This document shows, in pieces, positions 1 to 7,042 of a stretch of DNA of 10,208 nucleotides. The position numbers and the translations under genes were made by a program. Below the pieces are notes generated by a model, which was given only the letters and a program-made list of their open reading frames with translations, was not told the DNA's origin and did no database searches. Location of the stretch: assembly GCA_043803105.1 (NCBI GenBank), contig JAZDKJ010000011.1, forward strand, positions 1 to 10,208, read 5' to 3'. Source of the DNA: Candidatus Woesearchaeota archaeon (GTDB lineage: Archaea; Nanobdellota; Nanobdellia; Woesearchaeales; JAZDKJ01). How positions within the stretch are numbered: the stretch's first letter is position 1; each line of letters begins with the position of its first letter.

Positions 1-1
1 T

Positions 2-616
2 CCTAGAGTGAACCTAGACAAACCAACGACACGGATAGACATATTCTTTATTGGCAGCAGGGCTTATGCTGGGCTCTTCTTATTTGAAATAGAGCATGAT
101 TTTGAAGGCAGAAAAGCGCACCTAAGGCCAAAAATGTTCCCTACATCGCTTCATCCAAAGCTCGCAAGGGCGATGGTGAACATGACAGGAATAAAGAAAG
201 GCACCATAGTGGATCCCTTCTGCGGGACAGGAGGAATATTGATAGAGGCTGCACTGATGGGAATAAAAGCAAAGGGTTATGACATAAACCCTGAAATGGT
301 CAGTGCTTCAATCCAAAACACAAAGGGATTGAAAGGAGTAAAGGTTGAAGTAAAGGACGCAAGAAAGCTTGACAAGAAAATAGGCTATGTGGTTACAGAC
401 ATGCCTTATGGAAGGAACAGCACTGCAGAGAGGCATTTGTACAGGAAGTTCTTCAAGGTCTTGGACAGTTTGCTCTTGAACACAGCAGTGATAGGAATAC
501 CAAGCGAGATAAGTGGAGCAGCTATGCTAAAGGGAACTGGATTAAAACTCAAAACCTCAATTACGTATTACCTGCATAGGTCGTTGTCTAAGAAGATACT
601 GGTTGTTAGCAAGTGA
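2..616 (+). CDS. tRNA (guanine(10)-N2)-methyltransferase, Trm11/TrmG10 family, 5'-truncated
   Basis: The frame is open to the window edge (CCT AGA GTG AAC... = PRVNLDKP, like the end of a THUMP domain). It has 'PTSLHPKLARAMVN', SAM-binding motif I 'VDPFCGTGG', the amino-methyltransferase motif 'VVTDMPYG' and C-terminal 'YLHRSL'. The GTG at 8 is probably internal. Confidence 0.85.
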   Translation, partial: PRVNLDKPTTRIDIFFIGSRAYAGLFLFEIEHDFEGRKAHLRPKMFPTSLHPKLARAMVNMTGIKKGTIVDPFCGTGGILIEAALMGIKAKGYDINPEMVSASIQNTKGLKGVKVEVKDARKLDKKIGYVVTDMPYGRNSTAERHLYRKFFKVLDSLLLNTAVIGIPSEISGAAMLKGTGLKLKTSITYYLHRSLSKKILVVSK

Positions 617-3286
617 TCTCGCAACTGCAATGATTTCTTGGTAGGACCAGCCAGTGTTCAAGCAAGCTCTCAACAATTGCTGAAGCTTGACACCCCTGGA
701 TAGCTCCGAGCGCATATAATAATACAAATCTGCCAAGGCTAATTCTTCTGAACTATAGCCCTTTCTCATCAACGACTGCTTTGTGGTGAGACAGGTAAAA
801 CCATAGCGCGCATGCAAAGTAATGAGGGGGAGAAGTGCAGGCTTTTGAACAGGCATCTTCTTGTACTTAGCCCAAAACAACCACACCAAAGGAACTGAGA
901 TGAGAAGAGAAAGGAACACAATCCAAATACCTCTGTCAAAAAGCTCAACAGCGGGCTGGGCAACAAGGTTACGAAGAGGAGAGACATTCTCTGGCTGGCT
1001 TTGTGTTGCCGTGCTTTGGGTCACTGGTTGAGGTCGTTCAATAGCTGGCTGCTGAGCTGAAACACAGCCCTCTTCTTTTACCCTGAGCGAAACATTGCAT
1101 CTATTTATGTCAACGCAAGTCTGTCTACGCAGCCCATTAGAGCAAGAGGTCCAGACAGAACAGTTGTAATTGGAGACACAACTGGCTAGCGAGATTGAGC
1201 TTGCAGAAGAGGAAGAAGAAGCTGAGGAAGAACAAGGTCCGCAATCATAACGGCAATTGGAGCAAGTCTCATTCTCTGTGCAATGGCCATCGCCACAATA
1301 GAAACCTTCTGTAGCTGTGTAAGTAGTAAAGCCAGTAACACTAAACATCAGGACACCGCCTGAATAATCAATAATCCTACAAGTAGTGGCTGGGCAGGAC
1401 CTGGAGTTTCGCATAATCTCAGGATTATGGAAGGAAAGGTTGTATAAGGTAATGACCGCAGACCTGTTAAGGTTCCTGCCTGAAATGCTGTTCACCCTGA
1501 CATAATTGTGGGATATCTCAACAAGGCTGTTCAGATTATATTCTGTGAGGTCAAGGGTAAGTTCTCCATAATCAATCATTGCCTTGTCTGGAACGGCTAA
1601 CACAAAACCTGTGATGTTGGTGTAATTCCGGATATTGCTGAGGTTTGTGGTAAGCTGGTTGTAAAAATCGCTCCAAATCGGCAAGGGGCAGCCCCAGCGA
1701 TTTACAGAAGTGCCTAGGGGAGTATTGTTGCACTCGTCAATGCTATCCACAACACTATCGTTGTCTGCATCACTGACTGCAAACGTAAAAAAAGTCAGGG
1801 AAAATGGCTTTAACGAATAGTTGAAATCATGCAGAGTGCCAGCAATGTAGGAATTGCCTGCCTGGTCAAGCGACTGTGCATAGAATTCCGCAAGGCTGAC
1901 TTCATTGTCAGGTGCAAGGTTCACGAAATTGAAAGAGAGCTGTTCAGCCAGGCTTCCATGGTTCAGCACTGCAACCCTAATCCCTTTTTTATCCTGCGAA
2001 ATGGTGGGCATAAAATGAATATAGCTGGCGTTCGCTGCAGCAGGCATTGCATCAGAGATATACTGTGAGATGTAGGTGGGCAAGCCTTGCACAGAATAAT
2101 TGAGGATATCTGCATACGAGGTGAGCATCATGTATATCGGCAAATTGATGAGGGCATTGTTGTAAGACATCAGAGCAGTGGAATTTAATGGATACTTTGC
2201 TACAGACATGAAAGCGAGGGCAGAGAGCAAGTAGCCACGCCAATCTGTACGGTTGTAATCAAGCTGATACTCTACAAGAACCTCCTTATCAGTGCGCGGC
2301 AACGCGTTTAGGCTAGTGGCCAAAGAAGAGGCTGCTGCGAAAAGGCTTGCAGTGTAGTTTGAACTGTCAAAGCCCACAAAGGCTTCTGTTGAGCCAAATT
2401 CATCAAGCCAGCTAATGTTGTCCACAAGGATAATCTTGCAGGCAGTGGCAGAAAAAACAAAGTCATGGCCTGAAGAAATGTTTGTTGAGAAAGGAATAGA
2501 GTGAAAGGAGCTATATTCCAGGTCTTGCTCAAGGAAGGTCTGATTGCCGTCAATGACTGTGATGTTCTGGTTGCAGGACCTTGATGTGAATTGGAGGGTG
2601 TGATTCCCTGGAGCTAACTGAACATGAAAGGAAGCGTTGGGCTTTAGCATTCGCTCATTCATCTGAATGTCTGGGATGCGATACTTGAACTTGAAAAAAT
2701 CAGAATGATTTTCAAGAACATTCATGACAGCGGTGCGCCATGAGTCATTGTCAACAGAGAGCACAGGACCGCAGGCAAAGCCTGTAGAGTTACAATACAT
2801 GGTGAAGGCATCTGCAAATTCAGAGGCTGAAGCCATCTCAGGCGCAGAGACCATGATAGTCTGCACTGAAGAATTGTGCTGCAAAAGAACTGAAAGATTA
2901 TTGGCAGGAGTGTTGGTATCAAGGCAGAGCACAGTCACATTGGAGTAGTTTACAGCCTTCCATTCCTCGAGGGAGTAGAAAAACTTTTCCTCCTCTTGTT
3001 CTATGCTGTCGAGCCAGAGATAATCATCACAACCAGTATCACCAAAATACATTACGTGAGCCAAAGAGGCAACAGCAGCTGAATCATCATCCCAATAGTG
3101 GTTAAAGCCTGATTGAGAGTGGAAAGTCGAGTGGCCAGCAAGCTTCGCAAGGTCAACAGAAAGGATAATACTCGAACCAGGAGAACTAAGAACTGCAAGG
3201 CTGGTGATTCCTGAAGGCAGGTAATTGGAGAGCACAATAACAGCGAACAAAGAAAAAAAGTAGAGGAGGACAGAGCCTGGCTTCAC
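557..3286 (-). CDS. Large secreted, membrane-anchored multidomain surface protein (909 aa)
   Basis: N-terminal hydrophobic leader followed by 'GITSLAV', many NxS/T sequons, an acidic Ca-binding-like repeat DADNDSVVDSIDEC..T..G..V...GCP, Cys-rich modules (CGDGHC...ETCSNC..DCGPC; C...YNCS.W..C..G...QTC.D.N.C), Ser-rich and Gln/Pro/Thr linkers, a TM helix (GIWIVFLSLLISVPLVWLFW) followed by basic residues, and a cytoplasmic tail. The GTG start is preceded by a GGTGAGG SD-like sequence. Confidence 0.85.
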   Translation of the reverse strand: MKPGSVLLYFFSLFAVIVLSNYLPSGITSLAVLSSPGSSIILSVDLAKLAGHSTFHSQSGFNHYWDDDSAAVASLAHVMYFGDTGCDDYLWLDSIEQEEEKFFYSLEEWKAVNYSNVTVLCLDTNTPANNLSVLLQHNSSVQTIMVSAPEMASASEFADAFTMYCNSTGFACGPVLSVDNDSWRTAVMNVLENHSDFFKFKYRIPDIQMNERMLKPNASFHVQLAPGNHTLQFTSRSCNQNITVIDGNQTFLEQDLEYSSFHSIPFSTNISSGHDFVFSATACKIILVDNISWLDEFGSTEAFVGFDSSNYTASLFAAASSLATSLNALPRTDKEVLVEYQLDYNRTDWRGYLLSALAFMSVAKYPLNSTALMSYNNALINLPIYMMLTSYADILNYSVQGLPTYISQYISDAMPAAANASYIHFMPTISQDKKGIRVAVLNHGSLAEQLSFNFVNLAPDNEVSLAEFYAQSLDQAGNSYIAGTLHDFNYSLKPFSLTFFTFAVSDADNDSVVDSIDECNNTPLGTSVNRWGCPLPIWSDFYNQLTTNLSNIRNYTNITGFVLAVPDKAMIDYGELTLDLTEYNLNSLVEISHNYVRVNSISGRNLNRSAVITLYNLSFHNPEIMRNSRSCPATTCRIIDYSGGVLMFSVTGFTTYTATEGFYCGDGHCTENETCSNCRYDCGPCSSSASSSSSASSISLASCVSNYNCSVWTSCSNGLRRQTCVDINRCNVSLRVKEEGCVSAQQPAIERPQPVTQSTATQSQPENVSPLRNLVAQPAVELFDRGIWIVFLSLLISVPLVWLFWAKYKKMPVQKPALLPLITLHARYGFTCLTTKQSLMRKGYSSEELALADLYYYMRSELSRGVKLQQLLRACLNTGWSYQEIIAVARSLANNQYLLRQRPMQVIRN

Positions 3287-3432
3287 TTTGCCTCACCTAT
3301 AATGCTTACAAGCTTGTCCTTTGTGCCTATGTAGCGCAAGACCTTTTGCATGACCTTACCATTCACTCTGTGGTTCTCCACAAGATAGTAATAGCGTTTG
3401 CCGTTGATGATCTTGGAGCGAATAAAGGCCAT
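3283..3432 (-). CDS. 49-aa basic protein, putative beta-sheet DNA-binding protein resembling the N-terminal segment of IS1634-type transposases
   Basis: Manual translation gives MAFIRSKIINGKRYYYLVENHRVNGKVMQKVLRYIGTKDKLVSIIGEAK*. The ATG is at 3432, 24 nt from a TTTATATA box. Its TGA overlaps the GTG start of the 909-aa gene (GTGA). It is absent from the ORF track. Confidence 0.8.
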   Translation of the reverse strand: MAFIRSKIINGKRYYYLVENHRVNGKVMQKVLRYIGTKDKLVSIIGEAK

Positions 3433-3440
3433 TTGGGCCT

Positions 3441-3554
3441 TTTAGGCACTACTTATATATAAATATTGCTAAATAATATAGCTTTATCTATATTTAGCTA
3501 TTTCAATTATGTCAATTTTAGGCACTACAGATAAGATTTATATTTAGGCACTAC
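3441..3554 (-). repeat. Three exact 12-bp direct repeats, TTTAGGCACTAC (GTAGTGCCTAAA on the minus strand)
   Basis: Copies at 3441-3452, 3517-3528 and 3543-3554, with gaps of 64 and 14 bp, in an otherwise very AT-rich intergenic region. Confidence 0.95.
3456..3463 (-). promoter_or_regulatory. Archaeal TATA box for the 49-aa gene/surface protein unit (probably leaderless)
   Basis: The minus strand reads GCAATA-TTTATATA-TAA-GTAGTGCCTAAA-AGGCCCAA-ATG. The box ends 24 nt from the ATG, as expected for a leaderless archaeal transcript. Confidence 0.7.
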
Positions 3555-3558
3555 AAAT

Positions 3559-4494
3559 CTATTCAAGAATATTGGATTCTGGCCAGTAGAGGTTCTGTGC
3601 TAAGGGGTACATCATGCTCCTTAGGCTGAAAAGACGCCTCGCAAGCACGCTGTCATGAACATTGCCCTTGCCAAGTACCTTGATGCCCTTTAAGCCCAAG
3701 GTAGCTAGCTCCTGAGTGAATGAGTACAATTCATCCTGAGAGTGCTTTCCGGAGTAGAGATGATAACTTCTCTCAAGCAGTTCAACCAGCTTCTTAAATA
3801 TTGCAAGGGCCTCTAGGCTAAACCTGTGCCTGCCCACCTTGTTTATGTCCTTGCACATCCTGCTGAAAATATCGCCTATCATGTAGATGTTGCTTAACAT
3901 CACATACAGTTTTGTGGCTTCATAAGTATTGGAACCGGAAATTTCTCCTGCATGCTTGTTTATAATTCTCAAGCAAAGGTGACAAAATTTCTGCACCATC
4001 CTTTGAGTGGAGGCTAATTCCTCAAGGTGCTCATAATCGGCCTTGCTAATCTTATCGAAAACATTCTGCGCAAGATTGATCACGCTCATGTATGTCTTAT
4101 TGACATAACGTGGAAGGTCCTGTGCTGAATCCTGGGCAATGTTCTTCAGGACGCAGTGGTGCGGCCCTTGCTCGACAATATCAAAGCCAAGGAAGAAGTC
4201 GACAGTCCTCTTGATTTTATTTATAACACGCGGATCATCAAAACTGACAACCATCTCATCAAAGCCAGCCTCATAAGGCCGCGAGATGCATTCGGACATG
4301 TAAGTGTCGAAATCCTTTATTCGGATTTCTATGTGCCTAAGGCGCTCGGTTGGCGTTTTACCTAGAACTAAGGTATCATTGTTCTCTGTAACTTCAATCA
4401 GGTCTCCCTTGTGTATATTATTCTGCTTGACCCATTTGCTTGGAAGGCTGACCATAAGGGTTGCGGGGCCTTGCTGAACAACCTTGCGCTTCAT
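3559..4494 (-). CDS. AbrB/SpoVT-domain plus PhoU-like helical-domain regulator (archaeal phosphate uptake regulator family)
   Basis: N-terminal 'MKRKVVQQGPATLMVSLPSKWV..NNI.KGD.IEV' is a swapped-hairpin AbrB pattern. It is followed by 'Y.AGFDE..V', 'LGFDIVEQ' and helical PhoU-like repeats. The start is moved from 4506 to the ATG at 4494 on the family-typical MKRKV start and TATA spacing. Confidence 0.85.
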   Translation of the reverse strand: MKRKVVQQGPATLMVSLPSKWVKQNNIHKGDLIEVTENNDTLVLGKTPTERLRHIEIRIKDFDTYMSECISRPYEAGFDEMVVSFDDPRVINKIKRTVDFFLGFDIVEQGPHHCVLKNIAQDSAQDLPRYVNKTYMSVINLAQNVFDKISKADYEHLEELASTQRMVQKFCHLCLRIINKHAGEISGSNTYEATKLYVMLSNIYMIGDIFSRMCKDINKVGRHRFSLEALAIFKKLVELLERSYHLYSGKHSQDELYSFTQELATLGLKGIKVLGKGNVHDSVLARRLFSLRSMMYPLAQNLYWPESNILE

Positions 4495-4517
4495 GGGAAA
4501 GAACAAGATGGTTCAAA

Positions 4518-4525
4518 TATATAAA
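4518..4525 (-). promoter_or_regulatory. TATA box of the AbrB-PhoU gene
   Basis: Minus strand CAAAATA-TTTATATA. It ends 24 nt from the ATG at 4494, the same box and spacing as the 49-aa gene. Confidence 0.65.
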
Positions 4526-4552
4526 TATTTTGATTTTATTCGAATATATTAG

Positions 4553-4596
4553 CAAAAAGTATATATGCCAAATACGAAACATTATTTCCTGGTGAT
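4553..4596 (+). promoter_or_regulatory. BRE/TATA-like element and SD for the ABC/radical SAM operon
   Basis: Purine-rich CAAAAAG followed by TATATAT (4560-4566). GGTGAT at 4591-4596 lies 5 nt before the ATG at 4602. Confidence 0.6.
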
Positions 4597-4601
4597 AACT
4601 G

Positions 4602-5594
4602 ATGGACTGGAAAATCAAACGAAAAGGCTGTCAAACTCTGGCAGTTTTGTGCCTCTGCTTATTGTTTCTCTCCGGATGCGGCAGGCAACCCGATGTCTTG
4701 AGGATAAGCTCGCTAGACTCCATGAATGCGGCGCCGTTGTACGTGGCTCAAGAAAAAGGATTCTTCAAACAGCAAGGGCTGAAGCTGGAAATCATCCAAA
4801 TGAGCGGCTCCTCAGCCAGCCTTCCGGCAATGCTGCATGGAGACTTGGATATAATTCATTCATCCCCAAATGCTGGGCTTTTCAATTCGCTATACAGCTA
4901 TGGAAACCTGATAATTGTCGGAGACCTGGGGCGCGGTGTCAACCAACTGCTTATATCCAAGCGATTGTGGGACAGCGGTAAAGTCACATCAATAAGGGAT
5001 CTTAAGGGAAAAACCCTATCTGCGAGCAGGCTTGGCAGCGGTTCTTATTATATGCTAGGAAAAATTCTTGAGACATCAAATATAAGCATGGAGGATGTCA
5101 AATTAAAGTATGTTGATGAGATGAATGCAGTGGCTGCACTTGAGGGAGGCAGCATAGACGGCGGGATAATTAATGATCCTTATGCGCAGGTTGCGGTAGA
5201 ACAAGGCATCGCAGTAAATCCTTTCAAGAAGCAGGTAGACGAAGCGCTTGGTGGAGGGGTACAGCTTGCGGCATTTCTCACAACAAAAGAATACGCTGAG
5301 AGGCACCCTCTCCAGCTGAGGGCCTTCCTGTCAGCATTTGTTGAAGGCGCAAAATTCTACAACAGAGCCAGAAATGGCGAACAGCCATACAGGAGTGAGG
5401 TGATAAATATACTAAGCAAATTTACAGGCATGGAACCTCAGGTAATCGACAAAGTGCAATGGCCATACATAGAGATAAACGGAAAACCTGATACACAATC
5501 ACTCCAGGATGCTGCAAGATTTTATTACAAAGTGAAGTTGAGCGAACATGAAGTTGATGTAGGGAAGTACGTCAACCTGAGCTTTTTACCTTAG
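4602..5594 (+). CDS. ABC transporter substrate-binding lipoprotein, SsuA/TauA/NMT1(THI5)-like
   Basis: Basic N-terminus, hydrophobic stretch and lipobox-like LSGC. Family motifs 'APLYVAQEKGFFKQQGL', 'SIRDLKGKT', 'AALEGGSIDG....DPY' and 'FLSAFVEG'. Confidence 0.9.
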   Translation: MDWKIKRKGCQTLAVLCLCLLFLSGCGRQPDVLRISSLDSMNAAPLYVAQEKGFFKQQGLKLEIIQMSGSSASLPAMLHGDLDIIHSSPNAGLFNSLYSYGNLIIVGDLGRGVNQLLISKRLWDSGKVTSIRDLKGKTLSASRLGSGSYYMLGKILETSNISMEDVKLKYVDEMNAVAALEGGSIDGGIINDPYAQVAVEQGIAVNPFKKQVDEALGGGVQLAAFLTTKEYAERHPLQLRAFLSAFVEGAKFYNRARNGEQPYRSEVINILSKFTGMEPQVIDKVQWPYIEINGKPDTQSLQDAARFYYKVKLSEHEVDVGKYVNLSFLP

Positions 5595-5598
5595 ACAG

Positions 5599-6393
5599 AT
5601 GAAAAAGAAAGTCAAATTAGCATTAATGATTTCCACATTTGCAGTTTTAATAGCTGCAGTTGAATTAATCAGCAGGACCGGAATAATAAACCCTTACTTT
5701 CTTCCTGCACCCAGCAAGGTAATACAAACAATGTGGCGTGAAAGGGATTTCATTTTTGGAAACGCCTGGGTCTCGATTATACGCATGATAACTGCATATG
5801 CGATAGGCACAAGCCTTGGAATACTGCTGGGGATAGCAGTTGGATGGTACAAGCATGTGGAGGCAACAATGGGTTCTGTGTTAAACGCACTCTACTCAGT
5901 CCCAAAACTGACCTTCCTGCCATTATTCATACTGTGGCTAGGCCTAGATAACATTGCATTCCTGGCTGTAACAGTGCTCTCCACATTCTTTCCGACGTTT
6001 CTAAACACCTACTCAGGGGTCAAAAAAACAGATAAGGCATACATTGAGCTTTTCAACAATTTCAAGGGAAAGAAGACAGACATGCTACGAAAGATAGTGA
6101 TACCTGCCGCCCTACCATACATATCAACCGGATTAAGAATGTCAATAGGGACTGTACTTACAATCACCACAGTGACAGAGATGGCAATGGCTGACAAGGG
6201 AATCGGAGCAATCATCTGGCGTGGCGGAGCAGTCTTTAGGGCAGACTACATAGTGGCAGGGCAAATAATACTTGCAGTATTTGGTGTAAGCATGTTTGCA
6301 TTGTATGATTTGATAGAGGGGAAGTTACTCCTAAATTGGATGAACACAAAGAAAAATGGCGTTACAAATAAGAGATATTACCAAGAGCTTTGA
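5599..6393 (+). CDS. ABC transporter permease, SsuC/TauC-like
   Basis: 'FLPAPSKV', 'SVPKLTFLPLFILWLG', 'IVIPAALPYISTGLR' and 'EM....GIG', with several hydrophobic helices. Confidence 0.92.
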   Translation: MKKKVKLALMISTFAVLIAAVELISRTGIINPYFLPAPSKVIQTMWRERDFIFGNAWVSIIRMITAYAIGTSLGILLGIAVGWYKHVEATMGSVLNALYSVPKLTFLPLFILWLGLDNIAFLAVTVLSTFFPTFLNTYSGVKKTDKAYIELFNNFKGKKTDMLRKIVIPAALPYISTGLRMSIGTVLTITTVTEMAMADKGIGAIIWRGGAVFRADYIVAGQIILAVFGVSMFALYDLIEGKLLLNWMNTKKNGVTNKRYYQEL

Positions 6394-7042
6394 TGACCTC
6401 AAGGTTCTAGACCACCTATCGCTTGAGGTTGGGGAATCAGAGTGCATATCTATCATTGGGCCGAGCGGATGCGGCAAGACAACGCTACTTAAGATTATCG
6501 GCGGGGTGGAGGAACCTAACAAAGGAAATATCCAGCCCAAGCAGGGGATGGTACCGATTGTCTGGCAAGACCACAGGCTGTTGCCTTGGCTAAATGTGCA
6601 GAGAAACATTGAATTCGGGCTTGAGCTAAAGAGGGCAACCAAACCCTCACTCGTAAAAAAATACATCAAGCTCACAAAGTTGCAGGGATTTGAGCGTTAT
6701 TATCCTCACCAATTGAGCGAGGGAATGAAGCAGAGGGTGGCAATTGCGAGGGCATTGGCTGTTGAACCTGAAATAATTTTGCTAGATGAGCCGTTCGCCT
6801 CGCTTGATTTTATGACCAAGCTAAGGATGTATGATGAGATCAAGGCGCTGCAAAAAAGGCTGAGGCTGAGCGCAATCCTGGTAACGCATGATACGAGGGA
6901 CGCAATCATCTTCTCAAACAAGGTTGCGATAATGACAGACAAGCCATCGAGAATAAAAAAGGTTCTGGAGCTAGGCAACTACAATTATTCAAAGTCATTT
7001 TTTAGCGAAAAGGAAAGGGAAATATGGGGGTACCTGCAATGA
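6356..7042 (+). CDS. ABC transporter ATP-binding protein, SsuB/TauB-like
   Basis: Walker A GPSGCGKT, Q-loop VWQD..LLPW, signature YPHQLSEGMKQR, Walker B ILLDEPF and H-loop VTHD. Confidence 0.95.
   Translation: MALQIRDITKSFDDLKVLDHLSLEVGESECISIIGPSGCGKTTLLKIIGGVEEPNKGNIQPKQGMVPIVWQDHRLLPWLNVQRNIEFGLELKRATKPSLVKKYIKLTKLQGFERYYPHQLSEGMKQRVAIARALAVEPEIILLDEPFASLDFMTKLRMYDEIKALQKRLRLSAILVTHDTRDAIIFSNKVAIMTDKPSRIKKVLELGNYNYSKSFFSEKEREIWGYLQ

Noticed and set aside
3323-3329. Inverted partial copy (GTGCCTA) of the repeat inside the small ORF, suggesting an invertible segment
   Set aside because: Only 7 bp match, and similar 7-8-mers occur elsewhere in coding sequence (near 1710, 4333 and 5803), consistent with chance.
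3441-3554. Direct repeats as a mini CRISPR array
   Set aside because: The repeats are only 12 bp, the gaps are 64 and 14 bp and very AT-rich, and no cas genes are in the window.
3283-3558. Intact IS1634 insertion sequence
   Set aside because: No DDE catalytic region, terminal inverted repeats or target duplication were seen. The ORF ends cleanly and is coupled to the next gene.
4495-4506. ORF-track start of the regulator at 4506 (MFFP extension)
   Set aside because: The ATG at 4494 gives the family-typical MKRKV start and the same 24-nt TATA spacing as the 49-aa gene.
4565-4981. 138-aa plus-strand ORF overlapping the binding protein
   Set aside because: It is an alternate frame of a well-supported gene, starts inside the putative TATA element and has no recognisable motifs.
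6713-6727. ABC signature LSEGM as evidence of an inactive ATPase
   Set aside because: The third signature position is variable among ABC ATPases, and Walker A/B, the Q-loop and the H-loop are intact.
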